26,426 bases of DNA, from the IMG/VR virus record IMGVR_UViG_3300044670_001957, positions 1-26,426 of that record. One strand, given 5' to 3'. Both the position numbers and the translations under genes were made by a program. Shown piece by piece: positions 1 to 9,900 of the stretch (positions are counted from its first letter, which is position 1; each line of letters starts with the position of its first letter). The stretch is from a virus (Duplodnaviria > Caudoviricetes). The notes beneath the pieces are model-generated. The model worked only from the letters and a program-made list of their open reading frames with translations. It ran no database searches and was not told where the DNA came from.

Positions 1-242
1 AGTCACAAGAATTACAAGACGTTATGGGTGGCTTTGTTTCGACTGACCTCTTTGATGGTGTTGTCGGTGCTGTGAAAGCAGGACTAGATGTGATTGCTTC
101 TGATGGAGATAGTGGCTCAGAAGAAGATAAACTCATGGTGGAGTTCTTAGGGAGAGTCTATGCTAGTGTTGGAAACACTATGTCGGGTCTTTCAAATGAG
201 GAAATGGAAAAGATAACTACAGACGCAGGTCTGATTGGTTAA
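1..242 (+). CDS. 3' end of an acidic hypothetical protein (5'-truncated by the window edge)
   Basis: The frame of ORF 24..242 stays open upstream to the window edge (TCA CAA GAA TTA CAA GAC GTT ATG), so the listed ATG is probably internal. It ends at TAA 240-242, converging on the minus-strand operon with an 11-bp gap. No recognisable motif. Confidence 0.6.
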   Translation, partial: SQELQDVMGGFVSTDLFDGVVGAVKAGLDVIASDGDSGSEEDKLMVEFLGRVYASVGNTMSGLSNEEMEKITTDAGLIG

Positions 243-253
243 CTCAGCGTTGC

Positions 254-916
254 TTATATGAGCTGACTCAGAAAGTCCTCTACCTGCTTCTTCCCCTCTG
301 CGCTCTTGATGTACTCCTTCAAGGGCGCGTTGTTATTTCCCTCTTGCTCTTGGTGTAGGTTCTGAGACATCTGCCAAGTGAAAGATTGACCCTGTTTGGA
401 GTCGAAGCCGAACCACCCGAACTGAGTTAAGAGATGTTCTGCCACTTTGGGTGCTTCATAGTGCTGCCCTGTGACGACAACTCCACATTTCTTTCCCTTC
501 AGAGTGCTCTTCTCTCCATAGACGACGACTCTGTTCTCTAGGGTGTTCATACGCTCAATGATCTTCTGCATGAGGGCTGAGTGACTACCCCACCTCACGC
601 TCGTTGCCCATATAACGATGTCACACCACTCAAGCGCGTCGTAGATGATGTTCATTTCATCTTTCCCTCCATACTCTGAGGGGTTCTCGTGGCTGAGTTT
701 ATGAGCCCAACACCTATACTTGCCTGCTTCTTTCGAGGCGCAGTTCTCGCCCCCATCAGAATAACAGCTTAGGTTCTTTACGATGTGGAGCTGATCGGCA
801 TCCACATAGTCGATGTCATGGTCTTTCTTTCTTAGTTGCCCCATTACTTCCTCAAGGAGCAACTTGCTTGTGGAGTTTTCTTTATGGGTTGTTGTACTGA
901 CTACGAGAATCTTCAT
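254..916 (-). CDS. Multimeric flavodoxin (WrbA) / NADPH-dependent FMN reductase family protein
   Basis: N-terminal MKILVVSTTTHKENSTSKLL FMN phosphate-loop region, D-EM-xIYDALEWCDIVIWATSVRWGSHSALMQKIIERM, and LKGKKCGVVVTG are typical of the FMN_red / iron-sulfur flavoprotein fold. It starts 9 bp after the upstream stop. Confidence 0.85.
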   Translation of the reverse strand: MKILVVSTTTHKENSTSKLLLEEVMGQLRKKDHDIDYVDADQLHIVKNLSCYSDGGENCASKEAGKYRCWAHKLSHENPSEYGGKDEMNIIYDALEWCDIVIWATSVRWGSHSALMQKIIERMNTLENRVVVYGEKSTLKGKKCGVVVTGQHYEAPKVAEHLLTQFGWFGFDSKQGQSFTWQMSQNLHQEQEGNNNAPLKEYIKSAEGKKQVEDFLSQLI

Positions 917-925
917 AAGTTCTTC

Positions 926-3900
926 TTATTTCTTAGCAGGCTCTACAAAAGGAATATCTACGCTCTCCCCCTTGATCAAGGGGCGACCCTTGATTCTATA
1001 ACGATCTGAGGCAGCAAACCCTTCGCCATAACCGCTTGGGGATATTGATCCCCCTATGGTGAGCGTCCCATCTGCATTTCGAGCTACCCCTTGTGTTACC
1101 ACTAAGAGCTGTAGTTCGTCACCATAGCTTCTATCTGCTCGGTCTTGGACATTGAAGGCTTCTTCAGGGAAGTTCCTCACAAGCATAGCCCTGCCTGCTA
1201 ATACTGCTCCCTTTAAGACAGGGTTCAACTCTCTAGGGAGAGATTCATTTAAGAAAGTTAAGGGAGCGCCTGCTACAGCTCCACTAGCTCCATAAACAGC
1301 CCCACCCCCTCTCAAAAGGCGGTACTTCTTGTTCGCGTTTGTTGGGAAAGAAGAATACTCCAAAAGAGAACCATCTCCCATCTGTAAGAGCTCTCCTGAA
1401 GCCCCCACGGATTTAGAATAAACGCGACCCTGACCGTCTGTAGGCACTTCTACATCGAGCGAAGCTATATTTCCTGCTATGAAGCCGAGCTTCTTAGAAG
1501 ACTCTCGCAGAGGATCTTCCCCACAGAAATCAAAGTCTGACAGGAGAACGCCCAAAGGAAGCCTGTCCGTGACTCCAACCTCTGCGGGCAAGAGCTTCCC
1601 ATTACCTGCGTTGACAGGGTGTGAAATGCCCCCCGTCAACTGAACCTCAGTCTTAGTCTGAGCGGAACCCAAGCCAAGAGAGGAATCTCTCCCCGTCACG
1701 AGCTTGGATACTGACACAACATCAGGATGGTTTGTTGTGGCTCCGCCTGCTGTAGTAGGCTCTAGGGCAATTGAAATAGTTGCTTCATTTCCTGCACCCC
1801 CTGTGACATCAGCACCGAAGAATAGTGTCGTAGCCCCTACACTTGGCTGTGTTATGGGGATACCTACTTCAGCAAAGTCTGAAATGATCGTTGAGACAAG
1901 GATTGAAAGGCTCCCTGCCAAACCATTTGCTTGAGCACCCTCTCCTCTAAACACATGGCTAAAAGCACCTCTTGTATAAGTAATCACAAGGTGATGGTTG
2001 CTCGTAACAGTACCTGTGTAAAGACCTGCATTAAACCCTGTAGTAGAGAGATATAAAGAAGCCTCCGCCCTTCTTGAAAGATCCCCCTCAATTTCAGTAA
2101 ATAAGCCTATTCTAGTCTGAGGGAGCGCCTCATTTATGCTCGCAGGGATTCTACTCTCGATAGGAGTCTCTTGGCTTGTGTGCGTGTAAGGGGCAAGTCC
2201 TAATTCTAAACCTGTTTCAGAAGGTCGAGAAGTAGCGATAGCTCCTGTACCTTGCGTTGTATAGAAGTCTAGTGTTGCGAGAACCTCTAAAGTTCTTGGG
2301 TTAGAAACCTCTATGGCACTAGACCCATCGGGATTTAGCTGACCTCTTGGAGTAGCAAAGTTATATGCTAGAGAGGGTTCTACTTGACCATATCTAAAGG
2401 GGCTGTCTGAAATGCTAGGACTGCTCCCACCCACCGTAAAGAAGGGGTCGCCTTGATAGGGGGTTCTAATCCCCGCGACATAGACCTCCTCAGACTGAGG
2501 GACAGGCGAAGGTACAACCATAGGGAGATTTGAAATAGGGGTCGTGTTTACTATCGCGGAGCCGTTCCCGTCAGATGCTCTTACAAAGACAAAGTTGTTC
2601 TCTGAAATAAATCCGAGCGCGAACCCAAAGACTGAACACTCCACTACGAATTCAATGTCAGCAAAGTCCTGTCCTGCATAAGCAGGAATCTTAGAAATAT
2701 CGAGCGCGTGTTCTGTCACGACATAAGTATGGCTTCCTGTCTCCCCCGTTTCTACAATCGCCCCATCTTCCAAAATATGAATGGGGTAGAGATGATTGTC
2801 TTTCCTAAGGAGATTGGTAGGACCATTCGCGAGCTCAGTCTCTCGATCTACCTCAAAGCCCCCCGAAATAAAGTCATTTGTGTTCGCGATAAAGTCACTC
2901 AACTCATACACCCCATACAAGCGAGCGATGCCAAAGTGCGGGGGCAATCTAATCCCTCTTAACACATCACCGAACTCGGCAGTCGGCGTGTCTGAAATGC
3001 TGACCTTCGAGGCTCCAAAGTGATTGTGATTTAAGTTAGAGCTTGAGAGAGTATTTCTCTCCCCATAAGTCCCCCCTGTCGCAAAGAAGAGGGGGAACAC
3101 CCCCGCTCCTCTTTCTTCACCCCCAATAATCTTAAACACCCCGTTTGAGCTGTTTTTCTGATCCCCGAATAAGTGGTTGAACCCTTCCATATAAGCGTCA
3201 TTAAGATCAGTACTTCTATGATACGGGATGTCTTGACGACCAAATTTGGGCATCGTCTCGTGAGGGATTTCCCATGTCGATGTTGTGTTTTGGAAAATCC
3301 CCGACACCCCAAACTTTGAATTGCCGTTTAGATAATTAGAGCTCCCAATAGAGGCGTTGCTTAATGTATGACCATAGGCTTTCATGTTCTGAAGTCTATA
3401 TGGTCTTAACAACAAGCTCTTAGAACCCAAGTCCACAAAAGCCTCAGCTTCCTTGCTGATCTGACCTGAAATGCTTGTGTCGCCATACGCGCTCCCCTCA
3501 CTCGCATATTTCCCATAAGAATCAAGCCCCGACCAATAGGAAATATGATTTCCTGTGGGGAACTCAATCTCTTGCTCTGGAAGAGGAATCGTAGATACCC
3601 CACTCACATCAAGCTCTGAAGTGCTGTTTCTAAGATATTGATTGATAGGGTTTCTGAGAGAGATCGTGTGGGCTTGGTCGAGAACTCTCGCTGTCGCCCC
3701 ATGCCCTGGAGGATATAAGAGTGAGACTGAAATGAGAACTTCATCGTCTGTAGTGCGATCTACTACGGCAGGTAGAGTGCTGATGCTGTCAGCATCTTCG
3801 ATCTCTGTAAAGACAAGCGCACAGGATTGATCTCTTGAATCTAAATACTGTGTCCTTATTTCAAGTGTCATAGATGCTGTAGCGTTCGTGGCAAAGACAT

Positions 3901-6211
3901 CTTGAGTAGAACCTACGCGAACAAGATACACCCATTGATTCGCATTTGCAGGAACCCAATCGTCTCCTGTAGCCCAAGTCCCTAAAGAGTGATCCTCTGC
4001 ATACTTTAGAACATTTAAATACTCAGAGTTCGCCCCGCCTGAAATGACTTTATACGCACCGTTATTAGATATCTGTATAAGGTCGCCATGCAGGATCACA
4101 TACGCGCCTGAAGAAAACCCTGTTTCATCTTCTCCGTTGTCCGTAATAAGACTTCTTAAAGAAGTCGTTCCGTGAAGGGCGCTCACATCAAGGATGTTAT
4201 CTACATTCACACCTAAGTTGACTGCCCAAACAGAAGTCTCTCGACCAAGAGCATCACTATATTTCAGGTTTCTTACGGAGCCTGTTTCTTTATGTGGCAC
4301 GAGTCCTGATATTGCATTCGTCACCAAGTCTCCAAGAACAAGAAATGGAGTCTCAAAGTTGCTCGCCTCAGAGGGCGCTGTATAGAGCCCTTGAGTGCCT
4401 GACTCGCCCACCCCATTCGGTCGGTTATGCCCCATAAAGCGAACCTTTACGGGACTGAAATCTCGACCTGTCATTTCTCTTGGGGCGATCATTCTTACCA
4501 CATTGTTCGGCAGATCTGATCTAATCCCTGTTCTGACACCAGAGGAACCGTTTAAGCCCCCCAAAGAGAAAAAGATCGAAGTGCCATTTCTGAGAGGCTC
4601 GTTCTGATAAAAGAACGCCTGAGGATTAAAGCTTGACCCCATCGTCCATGTGTCAGTTGTCTCGGTGTCTAGGGTTTGTGTTGTAAACCCATTCGCATCG
4701 GTAGCTGTCCCTAAAGAACATAAGAATGTCACATCGGGCTGAACTACAGGAGAATCAGACCACATTGTCCTAATCCCGTCAGGCGCATCCACAAGATTGA
4801 CGTGCTGTCGAGTAAGCCCATTCAGATCAAAGAGACTTGAAACCTCAACCACTTCTAGCCCGTAAGAGTTGCTCCCCGCACCTGCCTGCTTGAAGGTGGT
4901 CTTGATCTCGTTCTTGAGCACAGAGTTCAAGTTAGCTTGTAAAAGGCTCTGATAGTCAAAGCCCCCCAACGAAATGACGTGTCTCAGGTCGAGGAGATCT
5001 TCTCTTGTGATCTGATCCGCATACTTCCCGTCAAGGCGACCTGTATAGATTCTTATTTCAGTTCCTGCGTCATGGTTCTTGGGGTCTGTCCCTGCTCTCG
5101 CCCTCGAAAGGATACGAATCTCGCCTTCCGCAAGACTAGGGTCGTTTGTGATTGAGAAAACCTCTCTATTTAGCCCCGACCCCATTTCAAGGAATATCTC
5201 ACCCGACCCTGCTAAAGCTTGTCCGAAGAAGTCCACATCATCTAACCCCGACCCAAGATAATTGGTGACGGAGACGGTGACAGGAGTTTGGGTGTCGTAG
5301 GCGAGCGCATTCGTAAGAGAAGGGGTGCTAAGAATGGCGGAACCCCCACTAGGCTTTCTTGAAATTGAGCCGTTGTGGTTCGGGACTCCGTTACTGACCG
5401 CAGAGTACCGATTAGAATTTCTACGGAAAACAGCACAAATCGGGAGCGCATAGACATACCCATCTATTGTCCCCAAGTCATTCTGAGAAGCCTCGTCACC
5501 ATTACCTGCTCTCCACAGCCCCGCATCTCCCTCTCCCACCATGCTCGTAAAGGAATACCCGTTAATCGGAGCGCCCGTAGTTCCTTGAGCATAAATGTCG
5601 GGACTCCCAAGACCCTCTGTATAAGTGATGAGGTCTACTGATCCTTGGTGGACTCTGATTCTATATTGAAGTTGAACCCTCTTGGTTGTTGAGAAACCAA
5701 GCTGTGGGTCGATCATTTCATCGTTGAGCGTTTCTGCTGTATATTCAACATTCCCATGCTTGTATATGGTCGTTGCATTCGGACGATTATCTGCGGTGTC
5801 TCCGTCTAAAACGGCTCTCCACACCTCTAAGAATACTACATTTGTCTCTGAGTTTGTTGTGGGGGGGTTCGGCATTGAAATGACATTCGCAACACCATCA
5901 TCGGAGTTAGACCCCACTACAGGGACGACCCACCCATTCACAATCGCGACTAAAGGTCTGCCTGAAAGCTCGAAATAGTTGGCAGAGTTCTCAAAGAATT
6001 GGAAGTCCTCTTCTGCCCGCAAAGGATCAGTAAGCCAACCACTATGGGCTACTGATTTCAAGGCTTCTGAAAGAGCGCCCCAACTTAACTGACCCATTAA
6101 ATTGAGCTCGCTGTCTAAAGGGGGTCTATCCTCCCTCCAAATGACATTCGTGAGCTGTCTGTTTGCTGTCTCTAGGACTCGACTTACGCCATTCTTAAAG
6201 TTATCTGCCAT
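926..6211 (-). CDS. Giant phage virion structural protein (baseplate-attached fibre/wedge type), paralogue of 11992..15246
   Basis: 1761-aa ORF with RBS TAAGGAG upstream. N-terminal VIWREDRPPLDSELN resembles DUF4815-type baseplate protein starts. Motifs FLEVW, TTKRVQLQYRIRV, DGYVYALPICAVFRRN and RLDGKYADQI..DLLDLR are shared with the 1084-aa ORF. G/S/T/D-rich beta-type composition. Confidence 0.7.
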   Translation of the reverse strand: MADNFKNGVSRVLETANRQLTNVIWREDRPPLDSELNLMGQLSWGALSEALKSVAHSGWLTDPLRAEEDFQFFENSANYFELSGRPLVAIVNGWVVPVVGSNSDDGVANVISMPNPPTTNSETNVVFLEVWRAVLDGDTADNRPNATTIYKHGNVEYTAETLNDEMIDPQLGFSTTKRVQLQYRIRVHQGSVDLITYTEGLGSPDIYAQGTTGAPINGYSFTSMVGEGDAGLWRAGNGDEASQNDLGTIDGYVYALPICAVFRRNSNRYSAVSNGVPNHNGSISRKPSGGSAILSTPSLTNALAYDTQTPVTVSVTNYLGSGLDDVDFFGQALAGSGEIFLEMGSGLNREVFSITNDPSLAEGEIRILSRARAGTDPKNHDAGTEIRIYTGRLDGKYADQITREDLLDLRHVISLGGFDYQSLLQANLNSVLKNEIKTTFKQAGAGSNSYGLEVVEVSSLFDLNGLTRQHVNLVDAPDGIRTMWSDSPVVQPDVTFLCSLGTATDANGFTTQTLDTETTDTWTMGSSFNPQAFFYQNEPLRNGTSIFFSLGGLNGSSGVRTGIRSDLPNNVVRMIAPREMTGRDFSPVKVRFMGHNRPNGVGESGTQGLYTAPSEASNFETPFLVLGDLVTNAISGLVPHKETGSVRNLKYSDALGRETSVWAVNLGVNVDNILDVSALHGTTSLRSLITDNGEDETGFSSGAYVILHGDLIQISNNGAYKVISGGANSEYLNVLKYAEDHSLGTWATGDDWVPANANQWVYLVRVGSTQDVFATNATASMTLEIRTQYLDSRDQSCALVFTEIEDADSISTLPAVVDRTTDDEVLISVSLLYPPGHGATARVLDQAHTISLRNPINQYLRNSTSELDVSGVSTIPLPEQEIEFPTGNHISYWSGLDSYGKYASEGSAYGDTSISGQISKEAEAFVDLGSKSLLLRPYRLQNMKAYGHTLSNASIGSSNYLNGNSKFGVSGIFQNTTSTWEIPHETMPKFGRQDIPYHRSTDLNDAYMEGFNHLFGDQKNSSNGVFKIIGGEERGAGVFPLFFATGGTYGERNTLSSSNLNHNHFGASKVSISDTPTAEFGDVLRGIRLPPHFGIARLYGVYELSDFIANTNDFISGGFEVDRETELANGPTNLLRKDNHLYPIHILEDGAIVETGETGSHTYVVTEHALDISKIPAYAGQDFADIEFVVECSVFGFALGFISENNFVFVRASDGNGSAIVNTTPISNLPMVVPSPVPQSEEVYVAGIRTPYQGDPFFTVGGSSPSISDSPFRYGQVEPSLAYNFATPRGQLNPDGSSAIEVSNPRTLEVLATLDFYTTQGTGAIATSRPSETGLELGLAPYTHTSQETPIESRIPASINEALPQTRIGLFTEIEGDLSRRAEASLYLSTTGFNAGLYTGTVTSNHHLVITYTRGAFSHVFRGEGAQANGLAGSLSILVSTIISDFAEVGIPITQPSVGATTLFFGADVTGGAGNEATISIALEPTTAGGATTNHPDVVSVSKLVTGRDSSLGLGSAQTKTEVQLTGGISHPVNAGNGKLLPAEVGVTDRLPLGVLLSDFDFCGEDPLRESSKKLGFIAGNIASLDVEVPTDGQGRVYSKSVGASGELLQMGDGSLLEYSSFPTNANKKYRLLRGGGAVYGASGAVAGAPLTFLNESLPRELNPVLKGAVLAGRAMLVRNFPEEAFNVQDRADRSYGDELQLLVVTQGVARNADGTLTIGGSISPSGYGEGFAASDRYRIKGRPLIKGESVDIPFVEPAKK

Positions 6212-6223
6212 TTCATAATCTCC

Positions 6224-6925
6224 TTAAAACATAAGGGCATACGAGAGAATAAACACGTCTGCTGCGGATTCGTTCACAAAGGCGAACCTGATTGTATCCA
6301 CTACGTTGTTGAAAGAGAAAGGCTGTAGCAAGTCCACTCTCTCGTAAGTGTTTCCGTTATCTCCACTAAGATAGACTGAGTATTGAACCGAGGTGGCTTG
6401 AGAAAAAACAAGCTGAGAAGGCACGTTCTGTCCACTAAGATTATGGACAGGGCTTATGTCCATAGATGTCGTCTTTGTAACCCCTCTCCAATAAGGGAGA
6501 AAAGTCTGTCTGCCAAGCCCGTCTGAAGTGTTCGCGGTGATGTCTATTTCGTAAGTAATCCCTACGCCTTCTCGACCTGCTCCTTGGGTGTCATTCTTAG
6601 AAAGAACACAAGCCACATTCGGAATCACACCTACTTTATATCTTGAGGGGGTTTGACCCGATGGGGTCGGGAAAAGCTGCGTCCCCTCAAAGACATTTGA
6701 CGAGTCCATGAGCGGGTTGAAAACAACATTCTCGTAAGATGGATATAAAGAGAGCATCTGCGGTTTTATCTCTCTTGTAATCACATCTGTAGGTGTTCCT
6801 TCCAATGAGTTTGGAGACACCCCGTCAGGACAATCAAGAACCCATTTCCCATTCATTGAAATAGGAGAGTTGAAGTTCCGTAATGTCTCTACGGGGTTGT
6901 TATCTTTGCGCGTGTAAATAATCAT
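6224..6925 (-). CDS. Hypothetical virion-associated protein
   Basis: 233-aa ORF starting 2 bp after the upstream stop (TAAGAATG). Contains an Asp-box-like VYLSGDNGNTYERV motif often seen in phage structural beta domains. Function inferred from context only. Confidence 0.65.
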   Translation of the reverse strand: MIIYTRKDNNPVETLRNFNSPISMNGKWVLDCPDGVSPNSLEGTPTDVITREIKPQMLSLYPSYENVVFNPLMDSSNVFEGTQLFPTPSGQTPSRYKVGVIPNVACVLSKNDTQGAGREGVGITYEIDITANTSDGLGRQTFLPYWRGVTKTTSMDISPVHNLSGQNVPSQLVFSQATSVQYSVYLSGDNGNTYERVDLLQPFSFNNVVDTIRFAFVNESAADVFILSYALMF

Positions 6926-6927
6926 TC

Positions 6928-9900
6928 TTAGCTCACAGGAGATGCGGTATATTCGTAGATGATAGAACCAAACCTTGGCACAAAGGCATAATGTTCATAT
7001 CTGTGCGGAGCTTGCTGAGTTAAGACTTCTGAGAAGGTATAAGAAGTGGTCAAAGCTACTTGCACAGAGTTCCCATAGCTCAGAGACTCATAGACAAACT
7101 TATAATTTCTACCCACCAAGAGATCGCACTCTACCGAATAAGTGCCTTGATTATCATCATCATAGTTTGTGCCTGCGGATATCGTGGCTACATCTTGATG
7201 TACACTACAGTTCGGATTTGTACCTACGGTTAAGTTCACTAAAGAGTTGTCCGTCAAATCTATTACAAATATGTTGACCTCTCCCGTAGTATTAGAAATC
7301 GTCTCGATCCGTTGTGTGTAAGGGTCGCCGTCAGAGAGAGGCACAAAGTTATTAGTTTGAGAGAAAGTCACCGCACCCGAAGAAGCAACAGAAACATCCC
7401 AACTATAAGCACTTGGGGCTCCCGTAGCTCCTGGTAGCAACAAGCTCGCGTAGCCAACGGTATTTGGTAGAGGGGAACTGTTTATTGAGGGGATACCTAA
7501 GAATCCTCTCAGAGAAATGTCCATTTCGGGTGTGATATTATCATCGGAATCCGTTTGTGCGATGATAATATAATCTCCAGGTGGGACATTTTGGAAGTAC
7601 CCTCGCCAAAAGTTTGAGAGGTTTAAATTAGGGTTGTTCCCAAGCGCATTAATCTGAGTGTAGTCGGGCTCAGAGTTCCTTACTATTTCATAGTCTCCTG
7701 TACCGCCCACGATTGTGTAATTAGCGGTCTTAGAGAGGAAACCCTCTTCAAGAGTTGGGATTCTATCTTCAATAAGAATGAAATGCTCGTTATCTGTTTG
7801 ACTCTGACCTGCATTTGGATCGAGCAGTAAACTGAACGCAAGGTTGTAATACACTTGATTGACAGTAACGCTATCTGAAATGACAGGTAGTGTAGAGCTT
7901 GGCAAGCTTCCTACAAGACCTATGTCTTGAGTATAAACTACAGCATCCCCGTCATAATTCTGACCTGTAGACTTCCTCAGAACTTCAATACCTACGAGCC
8001 CCCTTCGGTCTTGTATGCGTGTAGAGGTTGTGCTTCCAAACTGACTGAGATCTTGACCTAAAGCATTATTAAGAATGCCAATCCCGATTAAAACGGTGAC
8101 TTCCCCCACAGAGTTCTCAAAGAGATAACCGTCAAAACCTATTTCAAGCTCTGTAAAGAAAACCCCCTCGTCAACAGAGAGCCCTTGTCGCGCACTTAAC
8201 ACGCAACCTTCAGACTCTTTGTTTTGAGCCGTAAATCCTTTCGCCATCCCACAGTCGAGCCAAGGGGTTACGCCAGGTATTTTGGCGGAAATGATGAGGG
8301 GGACTCCATCTTCTACAGAGTGGATATGATTATGGAACTCAACACCATAAACCCTCATCTTAAATGAGCTGTCTCCTACAACATCTTCCACCGACCCACT
8401 TCTACTGAAAGCCAAATCAAATGCTCTCATATATGCGAGCATGGCTCCTTGAGTAAACAAAAGGGCGCTTGGTTGGTCGTAATAGCGGATAGGGGTCGCA
8501 ATTAAATCATCTCCCCAAGAAGCATCATAAGTCGCGTTTGGGAAATAACTAGCGTCTTTGTAGTCCTCTACAGGTATTGAGAGCATCCCCCTACGGGGCT
8601 GACCATACTTCGCCAAAGACAAAACTGAATCTTGCATTGGGGGCAGAGCTCGGACTTGAGCCTCATTAACAAGAAGAGGGAAAGGACTATCTTCGGGGCG
8701 ATTCCAATGCCTACCATTTCTTAGATATCCCGCTAAGCTGTGGTTAGAGTCAACATCTAAGTCCGTACTACTGTCGTCTCGGACAAAGAAGTCTATTGGC
8801 CCTGTAAGGTCATCATTTCCTGTGAGCTGTCCTTGTACTGTTGCGGTGTCCCAACCACGATGTAAGCCATCCGTGACTTGATCAAACCCCTCAAAGTTCC
8901 CCGAAATACGATAAGACTCGTCTAGGAAACGCTCTTGCGTGTCCTTTCTCGCAGTAAACAGACTAGAAAGAGGCTTTCTCCTAAGTGGCTGTGTCACATC
9001 TGCCCAAGTCTTAACAAACATGGTGCTGTTAGAAGGGTCTGACATCCCCTGTATTGAAATCACGTCAAGAGAGTCTTGAGTGAAGTTCCCATAAGAAGGC
9101 ACTTGAGTCCCGTCTATTCGAGGCTCATCGTTGACAAATTCCCCAAAGTCGTTTGCGGCTACACGCGCAGGGAGATAAGGGTGCGCTAAAGCAGGCTCAG
9201 GGAAACCACTATTGTTGAAATCGAAATGATCCTCTGCGGAGATGAGCACAGGACCGTTGCCGTCTCCGAAGTCAAAGGTCGTGTCTTGGGTTAAGACTTT
9301 AAAATCATAAAGCTCATGCCCTAAAGTCCCATACACAAGACCCGCACCACTATAAAGATCAAGCGTACATTGATTGAAATATGTCGTGAATGCAGGTTCC
9401 TCTCCCGCAAAAGTCCTATAAAGAGGGGAGAGAATTGTAATCTCTAAATCTCCTGCCACATGATTTGTACTTGGATGGACTTCTATATAGTAGCGAACAC
9501 CCCTTGATACTTTGAGAGCTGCGTCTATGAAAATTCTGTTTGTTGTGACTGCATTAGAGGTAGAAGGTCTGTACACATAATAGCTCTCATACGTCCCCCC
9601 CACTCCTTGTTTGCTTGAGAGGGAAGCCTCTTCTAAAGTATCCAAACCAAGATTAAGCTTTTGGTAAACCCTAAACCCTTCTTCGTCGTACCTAAAAATA
9701 GAGAAGGCGTTGCCTCTGCCCCTAGATTGAACCGTGTGTGAAATATAAATATACCAATCTGTAGTGTCTGTCAGCTCGGTGAGTGAAATGAGCCTCGCAG
9801 AGTGATAAAGCATCTTTGTAGAAGGAACACCTACAGAGCTTTCCGCAGGAGTTGAAGAAAGAACTTGCGCGAGAGGCAGTCCGTCAGAGTGGTATGCAGG

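Noticed and set aside
243-253. Terminator between the convergent genes
   Set aside because: The gap is only 11 bp and there is no convincing hairpin or U-tract.
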